Positions 20,356-32,076 of a DNA stretch of 64,000 bases are shown in pieces. The DNA is taken from NCBI GenBank assembly GCA_044222185.1, contig JBGANV010000001.1, positions 1,472,001-1,536,000 of the forward strand, in the 5' to 3' direction. A program made the position numbers and the translations under genes. Every line of letters starts with the position of its first letter. Position 1 is the stretch's first letter. Under the pieces are notes generated by a model. It did not search any database. It was given only the letters and a program-made list of their open reading frames with translations, and was not told the DNA's origin. The stretch comes from Planctomycetota bacterium (GTDB lineage Bacteria > Planctomycetota > GCA-002687715 > CAIWVZ01).

Positions 20356-21879
20356 CTATTTCTTTTCGTACTTGCGGTAGCGGTCCACGTTCTGGTCGTA
20401 CCAGGCCTTCCAGGCCTTCTGCGTCGCTTCCATCGCGGCGGCGTCGAGCGGCGCCGGGAGAATCGCATCGACCGATGCGGGCGTGATCTTGAGCAGAGCC
20501 TCGTGGACCTCGGCAAAGACGTACGTGTCCCGGTCGCCGAGCGCCTTGATCAATGCGGGGACGGCGGCGTCGTGCCTGCTCATCCCCAGCACGTGTGCAG
20601 CCATGGCGCGCACCAGCGGATCCTTGTCGTCGGCGACGAACAGGGAAATCAGGGGCGTGAGGTCCTCGAGCTGGCCCTCCCACCGCTTGCCCATCTCCGC
20701 GATCGCGAGGACACGAACCGGGGCGAACTTGCACTTCACGGCCTGGACGTAGGCCTTGTAGATGTCGGGGTCGAAGCTCGGGTAGCTCGAGAGCACGCGC
20801 ATGGCCTCGAGGCAACGCTCCTGCTCCGTGCTGTTCTTCAGGATGTCGATCCACTCCTGCGGGCTCTTGGCGCGGGGATCGCGCTTCTCGGTCGGCGCCC
20901 GGCCCCGAAGCTCGGCGATCCGCTTGGTGAGTTCGGCGGACGAGATGTTCGCGTTGGGAGGCAGCACTTTCGATGCCGCCTCGAAGGCGTCAGCGGCCTC
21001 GTGGTTCTTGCCCATCATGAGGCGCGTCTCACCGAGCCCGAGCCAGGCCCCGAAGTCCGCCGGGTTCTTCTGCACCATGGCCTGGTATGCGGTTGCCGCC
21101 TCGGCGAGCTGCCCGCCCTTGCGGAGGTAGTAGGCGACCATCATCCTGGCCTCGGCGTTCGTGACGTCGAGCTCGGTGACCTTGCGGAACGCGGCGACGG
21201 CGTCGGCGAACCGCGTCCGCGCGCCGTTGAGCTTGCCCGTCGTCATCCACGCCTCGGTGTTCATCGGATCGAGTTCGAGCAATCGCTTCAGCGTGGCCTC
21301 CGCCTCGTCGTACCGCTCGAGCTTGATCAGGCACGCGGCCAGAGGCTCCATCGTTCGGGTCAGGCGCGGATTGAGCTCGATGGCCCGGCGGTAGACCTTC
21401 ACGGCGTCCTCGAACCGATCGCGTTTCGCGTAACAGGTGCCGAGCCCGTGGTAGGCCCAGGGGAAGAACGGATCCTGCTTGATGGCGGTCTCGAACTGGA
21501 CCTTCGCCTCCTCGAGGCGGTCCACGATCCCGAGCATGCGGCCGTAGAGGTAGAAAGCGACCGGCGTCTCCTGGACGCGGGCCCGATTCGCGAGCACCTC
21601 CAGGTGGTTTTGAACCTCGCTTCCGCCGGCAGCCACGACCTTCGCCTGGTCCGCGATTCCGGCCTCGATCTCCCGGTCGTACTGGGGCCAGCGGGCCCGC
21701 GACTTCGCCTCCGCCTCACCCGTCCCCACGTTCTCGCCTTGGAGTTCCCTGAGCGTGGATTCCCGCAGCTTTTCACGATCTCCCTGGGCGGGCAGGACGA
21801 GAACGACCACGGCGGCAGCGAATGCGAACCGCAGGCCACGGAGGCAGCAGTGGGACATGAGGACTTCTCCGATCGTCAC
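20356..21879 (-). CDS. exported TPR-repeat protein with C-terminal HEAT repeats
   Basis: Signal-like N-terminus; several TPR units (e.g. AYHGLGTCY...YRRAIELNP); HEAT-like LVRAMAAHVLG...AVPALIKALGD; start uncertain (21879 or 21858). Confidence 0.82.
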   Translation of the reverse strand: MTIGEVLMSHCCLRGLRFAFAAAVVVLVLPAQGDREKLRESTLRELQGENVGTGEAEAKSRARWPQYDREIEAGIADQAKVVAAGGSEVQNHLEVLANRARVQETPVAFYLYGRMLGIVDRLEEAKVQFETAIKQDPFFPWAYHGLGTCYAKRDRFEDAVKVYRRAIELNPRLTRTMEPLAACLIKLERYDEAEATLKRLLELDPMNTEAWMTTGKLNGARTRFADAVAAFRKVTELDVTNAEARMMVAYYLRKGGQLAEAATAYQAMVQKNPADFGAWLGLGETRLMMGKNHEAADAFEAASKVLPPNANISSAELTKRIAELRGRAPTEKRDPRAKSPQEWIDILKNSTEQERCLEAMRVLSSYPSFDPDIYKAYVQAVKCKFAPVRVLAIAEMGKRWEGQLEDLTPLISLFVADDKDPLVRAMAAHVLGMSRHDAAVPALIKALGDRDTYVFAEVHEALLKITPASVDAILPAPLDAAAMEATQKAWKAWYDQNVDRYRKYEKK

Positions 21880-22095
21880 AACCCGCAGGCGCAGACCGGG
21901 TTCGATGAACCCGCCGCAACGCGGAAAAACAGGCGGGCCAAAGTACCAGCCACGTGCATGTCGCTAAAGACATGCGCCCGCTCCCGTCGATAGGACGAAG
22001 GCGGCGACTGGGCAGCCGGAATCGGGTCCTCGATCGCGCGAACGCTCGCGCCTCGGCACGATCCCGCTCGTCTCCATTACGACGCGGAACGACTC

Positions 22096-22434
22096 ATGAT
22101 CCCTCAAGACCGACGGAGCACGTCGCGCCAGGAAACTGGCAACCTGGTGATCCATGCGAACGTGGGCACCAACAGCGGAACGCAGTGCCTCGGAATGGGC
22201 GTGACGCTCGACCTGAACGAGTTCGGCGTGCGCGTGCAGTACGTCGCCCCGTTCACCATCGGCGATCGCTACCGCTTCAGCATCGCGCTTGGCGACGAGC
22301 TGATCGAGGCCGTCGGGCGCGTCGTTCACGTCACACGCGCGCTGAATGGGACCTACGAGGCGGGGATCGAGTTCCTCGAGGTGACTGAGCACGCGGTGGA
22401 CATGATCCGCCAGCACAGTAGGCGCCCCCGCTGA
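22096..22434 (+). CDS. PilZ-domain protein
   Basis: RRSTSR (RxxxR) and DLNEFG (D/NxSxxG-like), GRVVH, GIEF. Confidence 0.75.
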   Translation: MIPQDRRSTSRQETGNLVIHANVGTNSGTQCLGMGVTLDLNEFGVRVQYVAPFTIGDRYRFSIALGDELIEAVGRVVHVTRALNGTYEAGIEFLEVTEHAVDMIRQHSRRPR

Positions 22435-22529
22435 CCTTCGTATAGTGCGCGCGTCGTCGACGGCCGCCGCGCACGCGTGAAGCACGGCGGAGTTCGTCCG
22501 TCGCGCGGATCACGAGCGAGGTCAAGAGA

Positions 22530-23441
22530 ATGCGCGCCGTCCAAAGCACTTCCCTCTCCGGGCTCGAGTTCCTTCACCGAGGCAAGGTCCGCGACCTCTA
22601 CAAGGTCGACGCCGATCACCTCCTCCTCATCGCCACCGACCGGATCTCGGCATTCGACCACGTCCTTCCCGACCCCATCCCGGGAAAGGGCATCGTGCTC
22701 ACGCAGCTTTCGCTCTTCTGGTTCGGTCTCGTCGGCGGCAAGGTCGAGCACCACGTCGTCGAGAGCGACGTCATGAAGATGCCCGCGGCCGTCCGCGCGC
22801 ACGCCGACGTCCTGCGCGGGCGCACACTGCTCGTGAAGAAGGCGGCCGTCTACCCGTTCGAGTGCATCGCGCGTGGCTACCTGCTCGGAAGCGGCTGGAA
22901 GGATTACCAGAAGACCGGAATGGTCTGCGGCATCAAGCTCGCACCCGGGCTGAAGAAGAACCACCGCTTCGACCCCGCGCTCTTCACTCCGTCGACGAAG
23001 GAGCAGACGGGCCACGACCAGAACATCTCCTTCGAAGTGATGGCGGAGAGCCTCGGACAGTCGACCGCTGCCGCGCTTCGCGATCGCACGCTGAACGTCT
23101 TCTCGACTTGCGGCGAGCACGCCCGCAGTCGCGGCGTGATCATCTGCGACACGAAATTCGAGTGGGGCCAGCGCGACGGCCGGATCGTGCTCGTCGACGA
23201 AGTGCTCACGCCGGACTCGAGCCGGTTCTGGAAGAAGGAGGAGGCGGACAAGGTCCTGCCGACCGGCGGCGACCCGCCCTCCTTCGACAAGCAGGTCGTT
23301 CGCGATTGGCTCGAGACGCAGCCGTGGGACAAGCAGTCGCCGCCACCGCGCCTGCCCGCCGAGGTCGCGAGCCTGGCTCGGAGCCGCTACATCGAGATCT
23401 ACGAACGCATCACCGGGCGCCCGGTCCCCGATCTCGCCTGA
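22530..23441 (+). CDS. purC: SAICAR synthetase
   Basis: GKVRDLY, TDRISAFD, FTPSTK, DTKFEWG, DEVLTPDSSRFW, SFDKQ. Confidence 0.97.
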   Translation: MRAVQSTSLSGLEFLHRGKVRDLYKVDADHLLLIATDRISAFDHVLPDPIPGKGIVLTQLSLFWFGLVGGKVEHHVVESDVMKMPAAVRAHADVLRGRTLLVKKAAVYPFECIARGYLLGSGWKDYQKTGMVCGIKLAPGLKKNHRFDPALFTPSTKEQTGHDQNISFEVMAESLGQSTAAALRDRTLNVFSTCGEHARSRGVIICDTKFEWGQRDGRIVLVDEVLTPDSSRFWKKEEADKVLPTGGDPPSFDKQVVRDWLETQPWDKQSPPPRLPAEVASLARSRYIEIYERITGRPVPDLA

Positions 23442-24505
23442 TGGACGCGAATCCGGACTCGAAGGTCGAGACGCTGGCGTGGCGTGGAGGGAGCGACGGC
23501 CACGTCGAAATCCTCGACCAGACAAGGCTCCCGGGCGAGGTCGCGGTGATCGCGACGGCCGACCCGGAGGTCGTCCGCGACGCGATCTGCCGCCTCGCGG
23601 TGCGCGGCGCGCCAGCCATCGGCGTGGCAGCGGCGTTCGGCTATTTCCTCACACTGCGCGCGGCCCCGAACGACCCCGCGGGTTTCGCGGCTGCGCGGCG
23701 CGCTGGCGCCGAGCGCCTGCGGAGCGCCCGCCCGACCGCCGTCAACCTCGCCTGGGCCATCGGCCGGGTCGATGCGGCCCTCGATCCCTCGACGGCCCCG
23801 GCCGAACAGCGCCGGGCCGCCTTCGACGCAGCGATGCGGATTCTCGGCGACGACAAGTCCGTCTGTCGCGCCCTGGCACGACACGGCTCGTCGTTGATCG
23901 ACCCGGGCGACGGCGTCCTCACCTACTGCAATACCGGCGCGCTGGCGACGGCCGGCGAGGGCACGGCCCTCGCGGGGATCCTCGCCGCGCATGCCGATGG
24001 CAAGCGTCCCGTCGTCTACGCCTGTGAGACGCGGCCCTTGTTGCAGGGCGCGCGACTCACCATGTGGGAGCTCGTGCGTGCCGGGGTGGATGCGACCCTC
24101 GTGTGCGACAACACGGCAGCCGTCGTTCTCCGCTCGGGCCGGGCGACGAAAGTGTTCGTCGGCGCGGACCGCATCGCACGGAACGGCGATACCGCCAACA
24201 AGATCGGCACCTATTCGCTCGCCGTGAACGCCCGCGCACATGGCGCTCGCTTCTACGTCGTCGCACCCAAGTCGACGTTCGACCTGTCGCTGGCCGACGG
24301 GGCCGGAATCCCCATCGAGGAGCGTCCCGGCGACGAGGTCACCATGCTCGCCGGCCGTCGCGTGGCACCCGCCGGCGCCCGCGTGTTCTCGCCGGCCTTC
24401 GACGTGACGCCGGCCGATCTCATCGCGGGAATCGTGACCGAGTTCGGCGTGATTTCGCCCGTCACCGCCGCGAACGTTCTCACCGTCCTCGACCGTTCGG
24501 GCTGA
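23441..24505 (+). CDS. mtnA: S-methyl-5-thioribose-1-phosphate isomerase
   Basis: LDQTRLP, VRGAPAIG, RPTAVNL, TYCNTGALAT, ETRPLLQGARLT, GADRI, NKIGTY; start overlaps the purC stop. Confidence 0.95.
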   Translation: MDANPDSKVETLAWRGGSDGHVEILDQTRLPGEVAVIATADPEVVRDAICRLAVRGAPAIGVAAAFGYFLTLRAAPNDPAGFAAARRAGAERLRSARPTAVNLAWAIGRVDAALDPSTAPAEQRRAAFDAAMRILGDDKSVCRALARHGSSLIDPGDGVLTYCNTGALATAGEGTALAGILAAHADGKRPVVYACETRPLLQGARLTMWELVRAGVDATLVCDNTAAVVLRSGRATKVFVGADRIARNGDTANKIGTYSLAVNARAHGARFYVVAPKSTFDLSLADGAGIPIEERPGDEVTMLAGRRVAPAGARVFSPAFDVTPADLIAGIVTEFGVISPVTAANVLTVLDRSG

Positions 24506-24621
24506 CGTTCGGCCGAGTTCCCAACACTCGCTGCCCCGCCTCGGCCGATACTGCGAGAGACCCCAGGTTTCGGGAGTGCGCCATCTCCGGACGCTCCCAT
24601 GGGTTCCCCTGGAGAGATTGA

Positions 24622-24861
24622 ATGGCGGCGAAGATGGCTGAGACAGGGAACGAACCACCCAAGACGAAGACCGAACGGATCACCCAGTTCAGCACGGCCG
24701 TCGACGACGAGGCACTGGAGTTCATCCGAGCGATCGAGAAATTCAAGTTCGACAAGGGACGGGCGTTTCCCTCGTGGACCGAGGTGCTCTCCATCGTGAA
24801 GGACCTGGGATACCGGAAGGTCGCTCCGCCCTCGGGAGCCCAGGATCACCCGATCTCCTGA
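24622..24861 (+). CDS. small hypothetical protein resembling a planctomycete-conserved family
   Basis: EFIRAIEKFK...GRAFPSWTEVLSIVKDLGYRK resembles a motif I recall from Planctomycetota small proteins; SD GGAG. Confidence 0.75.
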   Translation: MAAKMAETGNEPPKTKTERITQFSTAVDDEALEFIRAIEKFKFDKGRAFPSWTEVLSIVKDLGYRKVAPPSGAQDHPIS

Positions 24862-24937
24862 ACGGCCGTGGTGGCGGCGGCTCGGGGATTCGAGCGCGAG
24901 GCTTGACTCGCCTTCCCGCGACGGCGAACGTCGCAAC

Positions 24938-25351
24938 GTGCCGACCGCGTCATCCATCGCCCTCGCGGCGCTCACCGTCGCGACCCTGACGCTCTCCGCC
25001 TGCTCGGAGAAGCCCCCGACCGCGCCCATCGGAGCACCCCCACAGCCCGAGTCGAAGCCATCGGCAGATGCCCCGGTCTTGAGGACCGTCGTCGTCCGCG
25101 ATGGCGCCGGGTTGTTCGTGACCGTGGACGTCGAGCCCTCCACCCCCGAAGGCGCAATCGTGCGGACGCTGCGGCTCTCGACTCCGGCCGCCGCGGCGGA
25201 CGCCTCTCCGGCTCCCATGGCGCCATGGAGCATCGCGCTGCGACTTCCGACACCCGTCGACTGGATCGACGCGGAAGGCACGCTCTCCGACGGACGGAGC
25301 TTCCGTGTGCGCTGCGATACGACGCTCGACGTGCCGCTCCGTCGCCCCTGA
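24938..25351 (+). CDS. hypothetical lipoprotein
   Basis: Hydrophobic signal with lipobox LSAC. Confidence 0.65.
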   Translation: MPTASSIALAALTVATLTLSACSEKPPTAPIGAPPQPESKPSADAPVLRTVVVRDGAGLFVTVDVEPSTPEGAIVRTLRLSTPAAAADASPAPMAPWSIALRLPTPVDWIDAEGTLSDGRSFRVRCDTTLDVPLRRP

Positions 25352-25393
25352 CCCCCGCGCCCCGACACGCGCGGCGCCGCGTTATGATCGCCC

Positions 25394-25798
25394 ATGCCGC
25401 AGGGCCCCGCAGCGTCGCCGCGAACCGAAGCACGTCCGTCGCCACTGGACCGGATCGGCTTCACCTCCTGGGTCTTCGCGGCGGCAGTCGTCGTCGAGGT
25501 GGTCGTCCTCATCGTCGTTCGGGCGCCGTTCCGTTGGATCGCGCTCGCCCACGTGGCTGCGTTCTCCCTCATCACGTTCGCGCTGTTCGGCTGGGACAAG
25601 TGGCGGGCCATCCGCAACCGCCGACGAGTGAGCGAGAGCAACCTGCTCGCCCTCATGATCACGGGAGGAGCCCTGGGTGGTCTCTGCGCCATGAGCATGT
25701 TCCGGCACAAGACACACCGCCTCGCGTTCAAGATCACCGCCATCGTGTCGCTCTTCATCCACGTCGCCGTCGTCGGTTTCGTCTTTCTGAAATCCTGA
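25394..25798 (+). CDS. DUF1294 family membrane protein
   Basis: FGWDKWRA...RRVSESNL...GG..G....MSMFRHKT. Confidence 0.9.
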   Translation: MPQGPAASPRTEARPSPLDRIGFTSWVFAAAVVVEVVVLIVVRAPFRWIALAHVAAFSLITFALFGWDKWRAIRNRRRVSESNLLALMITGGALGGLCAMSMFRHKTHRLAFKITAIVSLFIHVAVVGFVFLKS

Positions 25799-25806
25799 GG
25801 ATTCCG

Positions 25807-26628
25807 GTGATCTCACGAGCCACGTCTGCCGTCCTCGTTGCGGTGCTCTGCGTCGCGTGCGGTCCGAACGACCAGGCCAAGCCCGACTCCGCCGCGCGCC
25901 CGTCGCCTGAGGAGTCCGCCTCACGAGGCCCATCGAAGCCGCCCGCCGAAACCGCCGTCGGTTCGATCCGCGTTCGAGTGACGTTCGACGGCGACGCGCC
26001 CGCGTCGCGTCCGATCACGCTTCCCGAAGACTGGAAGCTCCGGAATCCGGACGATGTGAGCTACTGCGCCAGCTGTGACGGCACGGTGAACTACGACGAG
26101 TCCCTCGTCGTCGATGCGGCCACGAAGGGCCTGCGCGACGTGGCCGTGTCCGTGAAGGACGTCTCCGCGGGAGCGCACGCTCCGCTCGCCCCGCTCGTCC
26201 TCGACAACCGTTGCTGCCGGTTTTCTCCCCACGTCGCGTTCGCTCCCGTCGGCAAGGCGATCACGATCACCAACTCGGACCGGATGTCTCACTCCGCGTC
26301 CGTCGCCACGCTGGCCGGAACGCCGCTCTTCAACACGCTCATCCCGACGCGCGATCGCGCCGTCAGCGGCGAAGTGATCGCGCCGGGCATTCTCGTCGTG
26401 ACCTGCCCGCTGCACGACTGGATGAAGGCCTTCATCATCGCGACGAATCATCCCCACGTGGGCGTCACGGCTGCGAACGGAACGGTGTCGCTCGATGGCG
26501 TCCCGGCCGGCAAACGCACGCTCGCCTTGTGGCACGAGAAACTGGGATCGGCAACCGCGGAGGTGACGGTGATCGCGAATCAAACCGCCGACGTCACGCT
26601 CGACTCGGCGGCCTTTCGCAGACGCTGA
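25807..26628 (+). CDS. lipoprotein with cupredoxin-like and carboxypeptidase-regulatory-like domains
   Basis: Lipobox VAC; LDNRCCRFSPHV, NSDRMSHS, CPLHDWM, and C-terminal VPAGKRTLALWHEKLG. Confidence 0.8.
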   Translation: MISRATSAVLVAVLCVACGPNDQAKPDSAARPSPEESASRGPSKPPAETAVGSIRVRVTFDGDAPASRPITLPEDWKLRNPDDVSYCASCDGTVNYDESLVVDAATKGLRDVAVSVKDVSAGAHAPLAPLVLDNRCCRFSPHVAFAPVGKAITITNSDRMSHSASVATLAGTPLFNTLIPTRDRAVSGEVIAPGILVVTCPLHDWMKAFIIATNHPHVGVTAANGTVSLDGVPAGKRTLALWHEKLGSATAEVTVIANQTADVTLDSAAFRRR

Positions 26629-26630
26629 CC

Positions 26631-29443
<2,813 letters not shown>

Positions 29444-29493
29444 TGCGCTGACCCGGGCCGCCCTCGCGGTGCGCCCGACGACATGGAGCCTCC

Positions 29494-32076
29494 TTGAGCG
29501 CGACGACACCTCCGGCACCGGCCGCGACCGCCAACCCCGAATGCCCGCGGCGCGGAGGCCTCGCCTCGATGCCGAAGGGGCACATGACGCCCTGCCTCGC
29601 CCTGCTGACGCTCATCCTCGTCCTCGACGTGTTGCTGATCGTCGGGCCCTTCTACCTGTTCCGCTTCACGGATGATCCCTGGGGCTCGCCCGAGCGCATG
29701 GGCTTCATCGCGCGGGGAATGGCCTCGGCGCTCGCGTTCGGACTCGTGGCAGCAATCGCAGCCGAGCGGCGGAATCATTCGCCGTGGATGTTCCTGCTCG
29801 GGCACGCCGGGTTCATCGTGACCCTCGCAGCCGCCGCGCTCGGTCTCGACAGGGACTGGCCTCGCGCCGCCTCCATCGGGAGCGTCGTCACCGGCTTCGC
29901 GGGCGCGGTCGCCGCGCTCCTGCTCACATCGCGCCCCAAGCCCCGGCTCGAGCTGCCGGGCGCGCTCCTGCGGTCGATCTGCCGCACGATGCATGCGCTG
30001 GGAAACATCTGGTTCGGGATGGTCCTCATGACCGCCATCGCCGTGCTGCTCTGGCACGGGATCGACGTCGAGAACGAGTTCGGCACCAAGGCCGCCCAGT
30101 ACCTCGTGTACCGCTCGTGGTGGTTCGGAACGATCTTCTTCACCGGCGGCGTCTCCATGCTTTGCGCGACGTTCCGCAAGTATCCGTTCCGTCTGGAGCA
30201 GGCGGGGTGGCTCACGGTCCACACCGGACTGGCACTCGTCGTCATCGGCTCGTTGATGTCGTTCATCTCGAGCAGCGAGGGCGAACTGCGCCTGAAGGAG
30301 GGCGAGTCGCGCGAGGAATTCACGCTCTCGACCCAGACGCGGGTCATCGTCGAGGAGTTCATCCGTCGTGCCAAGGGACAGCCGGTCCGCCAGACGGTCT
30401 TCCAGGCCGTCGCCGACTTCGACATCAACCCGACGGAGCGAGAACCGAACCGGAAATACCTGGTGGATCCCAAGAACGGCGACGCGCCGTTCACGTTGGT
30501 CGTCGATCGCTATTTCGCCAACTCGCGCGGTCGCGAGGTGTGGACGGACGATGGCTCCGAGCCGCTCCTCGGCGTGGAGCTCTCCCTCACCATGCGAGGC
30601 GGGGCGAAGGACCGGATCCGTCTCGACGAGTCGGAGAACAGCGAGGTCGAGCTGCCCTTCGGTGGTGGCAACGGTTTTCCGATCTCGCTTCGGAGCGGGA
30701 CGTCCCAGGCCCTGGCAGCCCTCGCACGCAAGGACGCCCACGTCGGCCACGGGCAGATCCTGATCTACGACGATACGGACAAGCAGGTGCTCGCGATCCC
30801 GGTCGAGCCATCTGCCTCCCCGCGTGCGGACGGTCAACCCGCGCCGATCCGTGGCGGCGGGCGGATCTCGGGCACCGAAATCGACGTGCAGGTGCGGAAC
30901 TATTTCGACAACTGGAGCCTGGGCGAGGACGGTCGGACGGAAGTGGACGTGACGCCCGGGCAGACGATCAACCCGACGGTGTCGATCGCGTTCAGCGGAC
31001 CGAAGGGCGAGGACGCCCAGCGTGTGTTCGCGTTCTTCCCAGCGCCGCGGCCAGCGGAGCGCAACCCGGCCGTCCCCGACAAGCGGAAGTACGGCTACTA
31101 CGCGCGCTACGACTTCACGCCCCAGCTTCCGATCGAGGGGCCGCACCTCTACCTCGTCGGAGTTCGCGACCGTGTTCACTGGGTGTACGTGCCGGCAGCC
31201 GGAGAGCGGAGCTCGGGTCCGCTCGTCGAAGGCGAACCCCTTCCCCTCCCCATGCCGGCCTTCCAGCTCACTCCCGCCGGAATCTTCCACAAGCTGAAGG
31301 TCGACCGCTTCTTCGAATTCCTCGACACGCACGTGGACGACCAGTCCGTGCGCATCCGCGTCGAGGGCGGCGCAGGATCGCCCGCCACCCCGCCCCAGGC
31401 GTGGCTTCGGCTCGGCCAGGCGGCGATCTTCGAGCACGGCGATCGTGAGTACATCCTCTCCTGGAAACCCACCTCGAAGAAGCTGGGGTTCTCCCTGAAG
31501 CTCAACGACTTTCACCGCGACTTCTATCCCGGGTCCACCGAGGAGCGGACGTTCGAGTCGTACTGCGAGCTCCGCCACCCCGAGAAGTTCAAGGACGGCG
31601 CGGACATCAAGATCGACATGAACCACCCCCTCCGACTCGACGGGTGGCGGCTCTTCCAGGCCAGGTTCGCCCGCGACGGCGAAACCACGTTCCTCCAGGT
31701 CAACCGAGATCCCGGCCTCGCGATCATCTACCCTGCGTGCGCCGTGGTTTTTCTTGGTTTGATCGTCGTCTTCTTCATGAAGCCCACCCTGCGGCTCATC
31801 CGTATCGACCTCGAGAGAAGAAACGCGGGTCATGCAGCCCACCTCTGGCAGGCAGCACGGGCGCTTGCAGCCGTGGCGGCCGGACCTGTGGTCTTCGGCA
31901 CCTACGCGGCGCTTCAGGGGTTGAAGCCTGAGTGGAACCTCCCCCTCCACGGATGGCCCGCCTTCGTCTTCGGTATGACCCTCCTGATCGCCGCTCCGAT
32001 CGCCGCCGTCTATTACTACCTCGGGCCGGTACGCCGCCGACTCGAGAAACCGTCGAACCATTCGGGAGTCGCGTGA
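29494..32076 (+). CDS. resB: cytochrome c biogenesis protein ResB/Ccs1-like (system II)
   Basis: VYRSWWF, GWLTVHTGL, large periplasmic domain, IDMNHPL, QVNRDPG; coupled to ccsA; start uncertain. Confidence 0.8.
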   Translation: MSATTPPAPAATANPECPRRGGLASMPKGHMTPCLALLTLILVLDVLLIVGPFYLFRFTDDPWGSPERMGFIARGMASALAFGLVAAIAAERRNHSPWMFLLGHAGFIVTLAAAALGLDRDWPRAASIGSVVTGFAGAVAALLLTSRPKPRLELPGALLRSICRTMHALGNIWFGMVLMTAIAVLLWHGIDVENEFGTKAAQYLVYRSWWFGTIFFTGGVSMLCATFRKYPFRLEQAGWLTVHTGLALVVIGSLMSFISSSEGELRLKEGESREEFTLSTQTRVIVEEFIRRAKGQPVRQTVFQAVADFDINPTEREPNRKYLVDPKNGDAPFTLVVDRYFANSRGREVWTDDGSEPLLGVELSLTMRGGAKDRIRLDESENSEVELPFGGGNGFPISLRSGTSQALAALARKDAHVGHGQILIYDDTDKQVLAIPVEPSASPRADGQPAPIRGGGRISGTEIDVQVRNYFDNWSLGEDGRTEVDVTPGQTINPTVSIAFSGPKGEDAQRVFAFFPAPRPAERNPAVPDKRKYGYYARYDFTPQLPIEGPHLYLVGVRDRVHWVYVPAAGERSSGPLVEGEPLPLPMPAFQLTPAGIFHKLKVDRFFEFLDTHVDDQSVRIRVEGGAGSPATPPQAWLRLGQAAIFEHGDREYILSWKPTSKKLGFSLKLNDFHRDFYPGSTEERTFESYCELRHPEKFKDGADIKIDMNHPLRLDGWRLFQARFARDGETTFLQVNRDPGLAIIYPACAVVFLGLIVVFFMKPTLRLIRIDLERRNAGHAAHLWQAARALAAVAAGPVVFGTYAALQGLKPEWNLPLHGWPAFVFGMTLLIAAPIAAVYYYLGPVRRRLEKPSNHSGVA

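Noticed and set aside
22053-22068. sigma54-like site upstream of the PilZ gene (CGGCACGATCCCGC)
   Set aside because: GG-to-GC spacing is 9 nt rather than the required 10.
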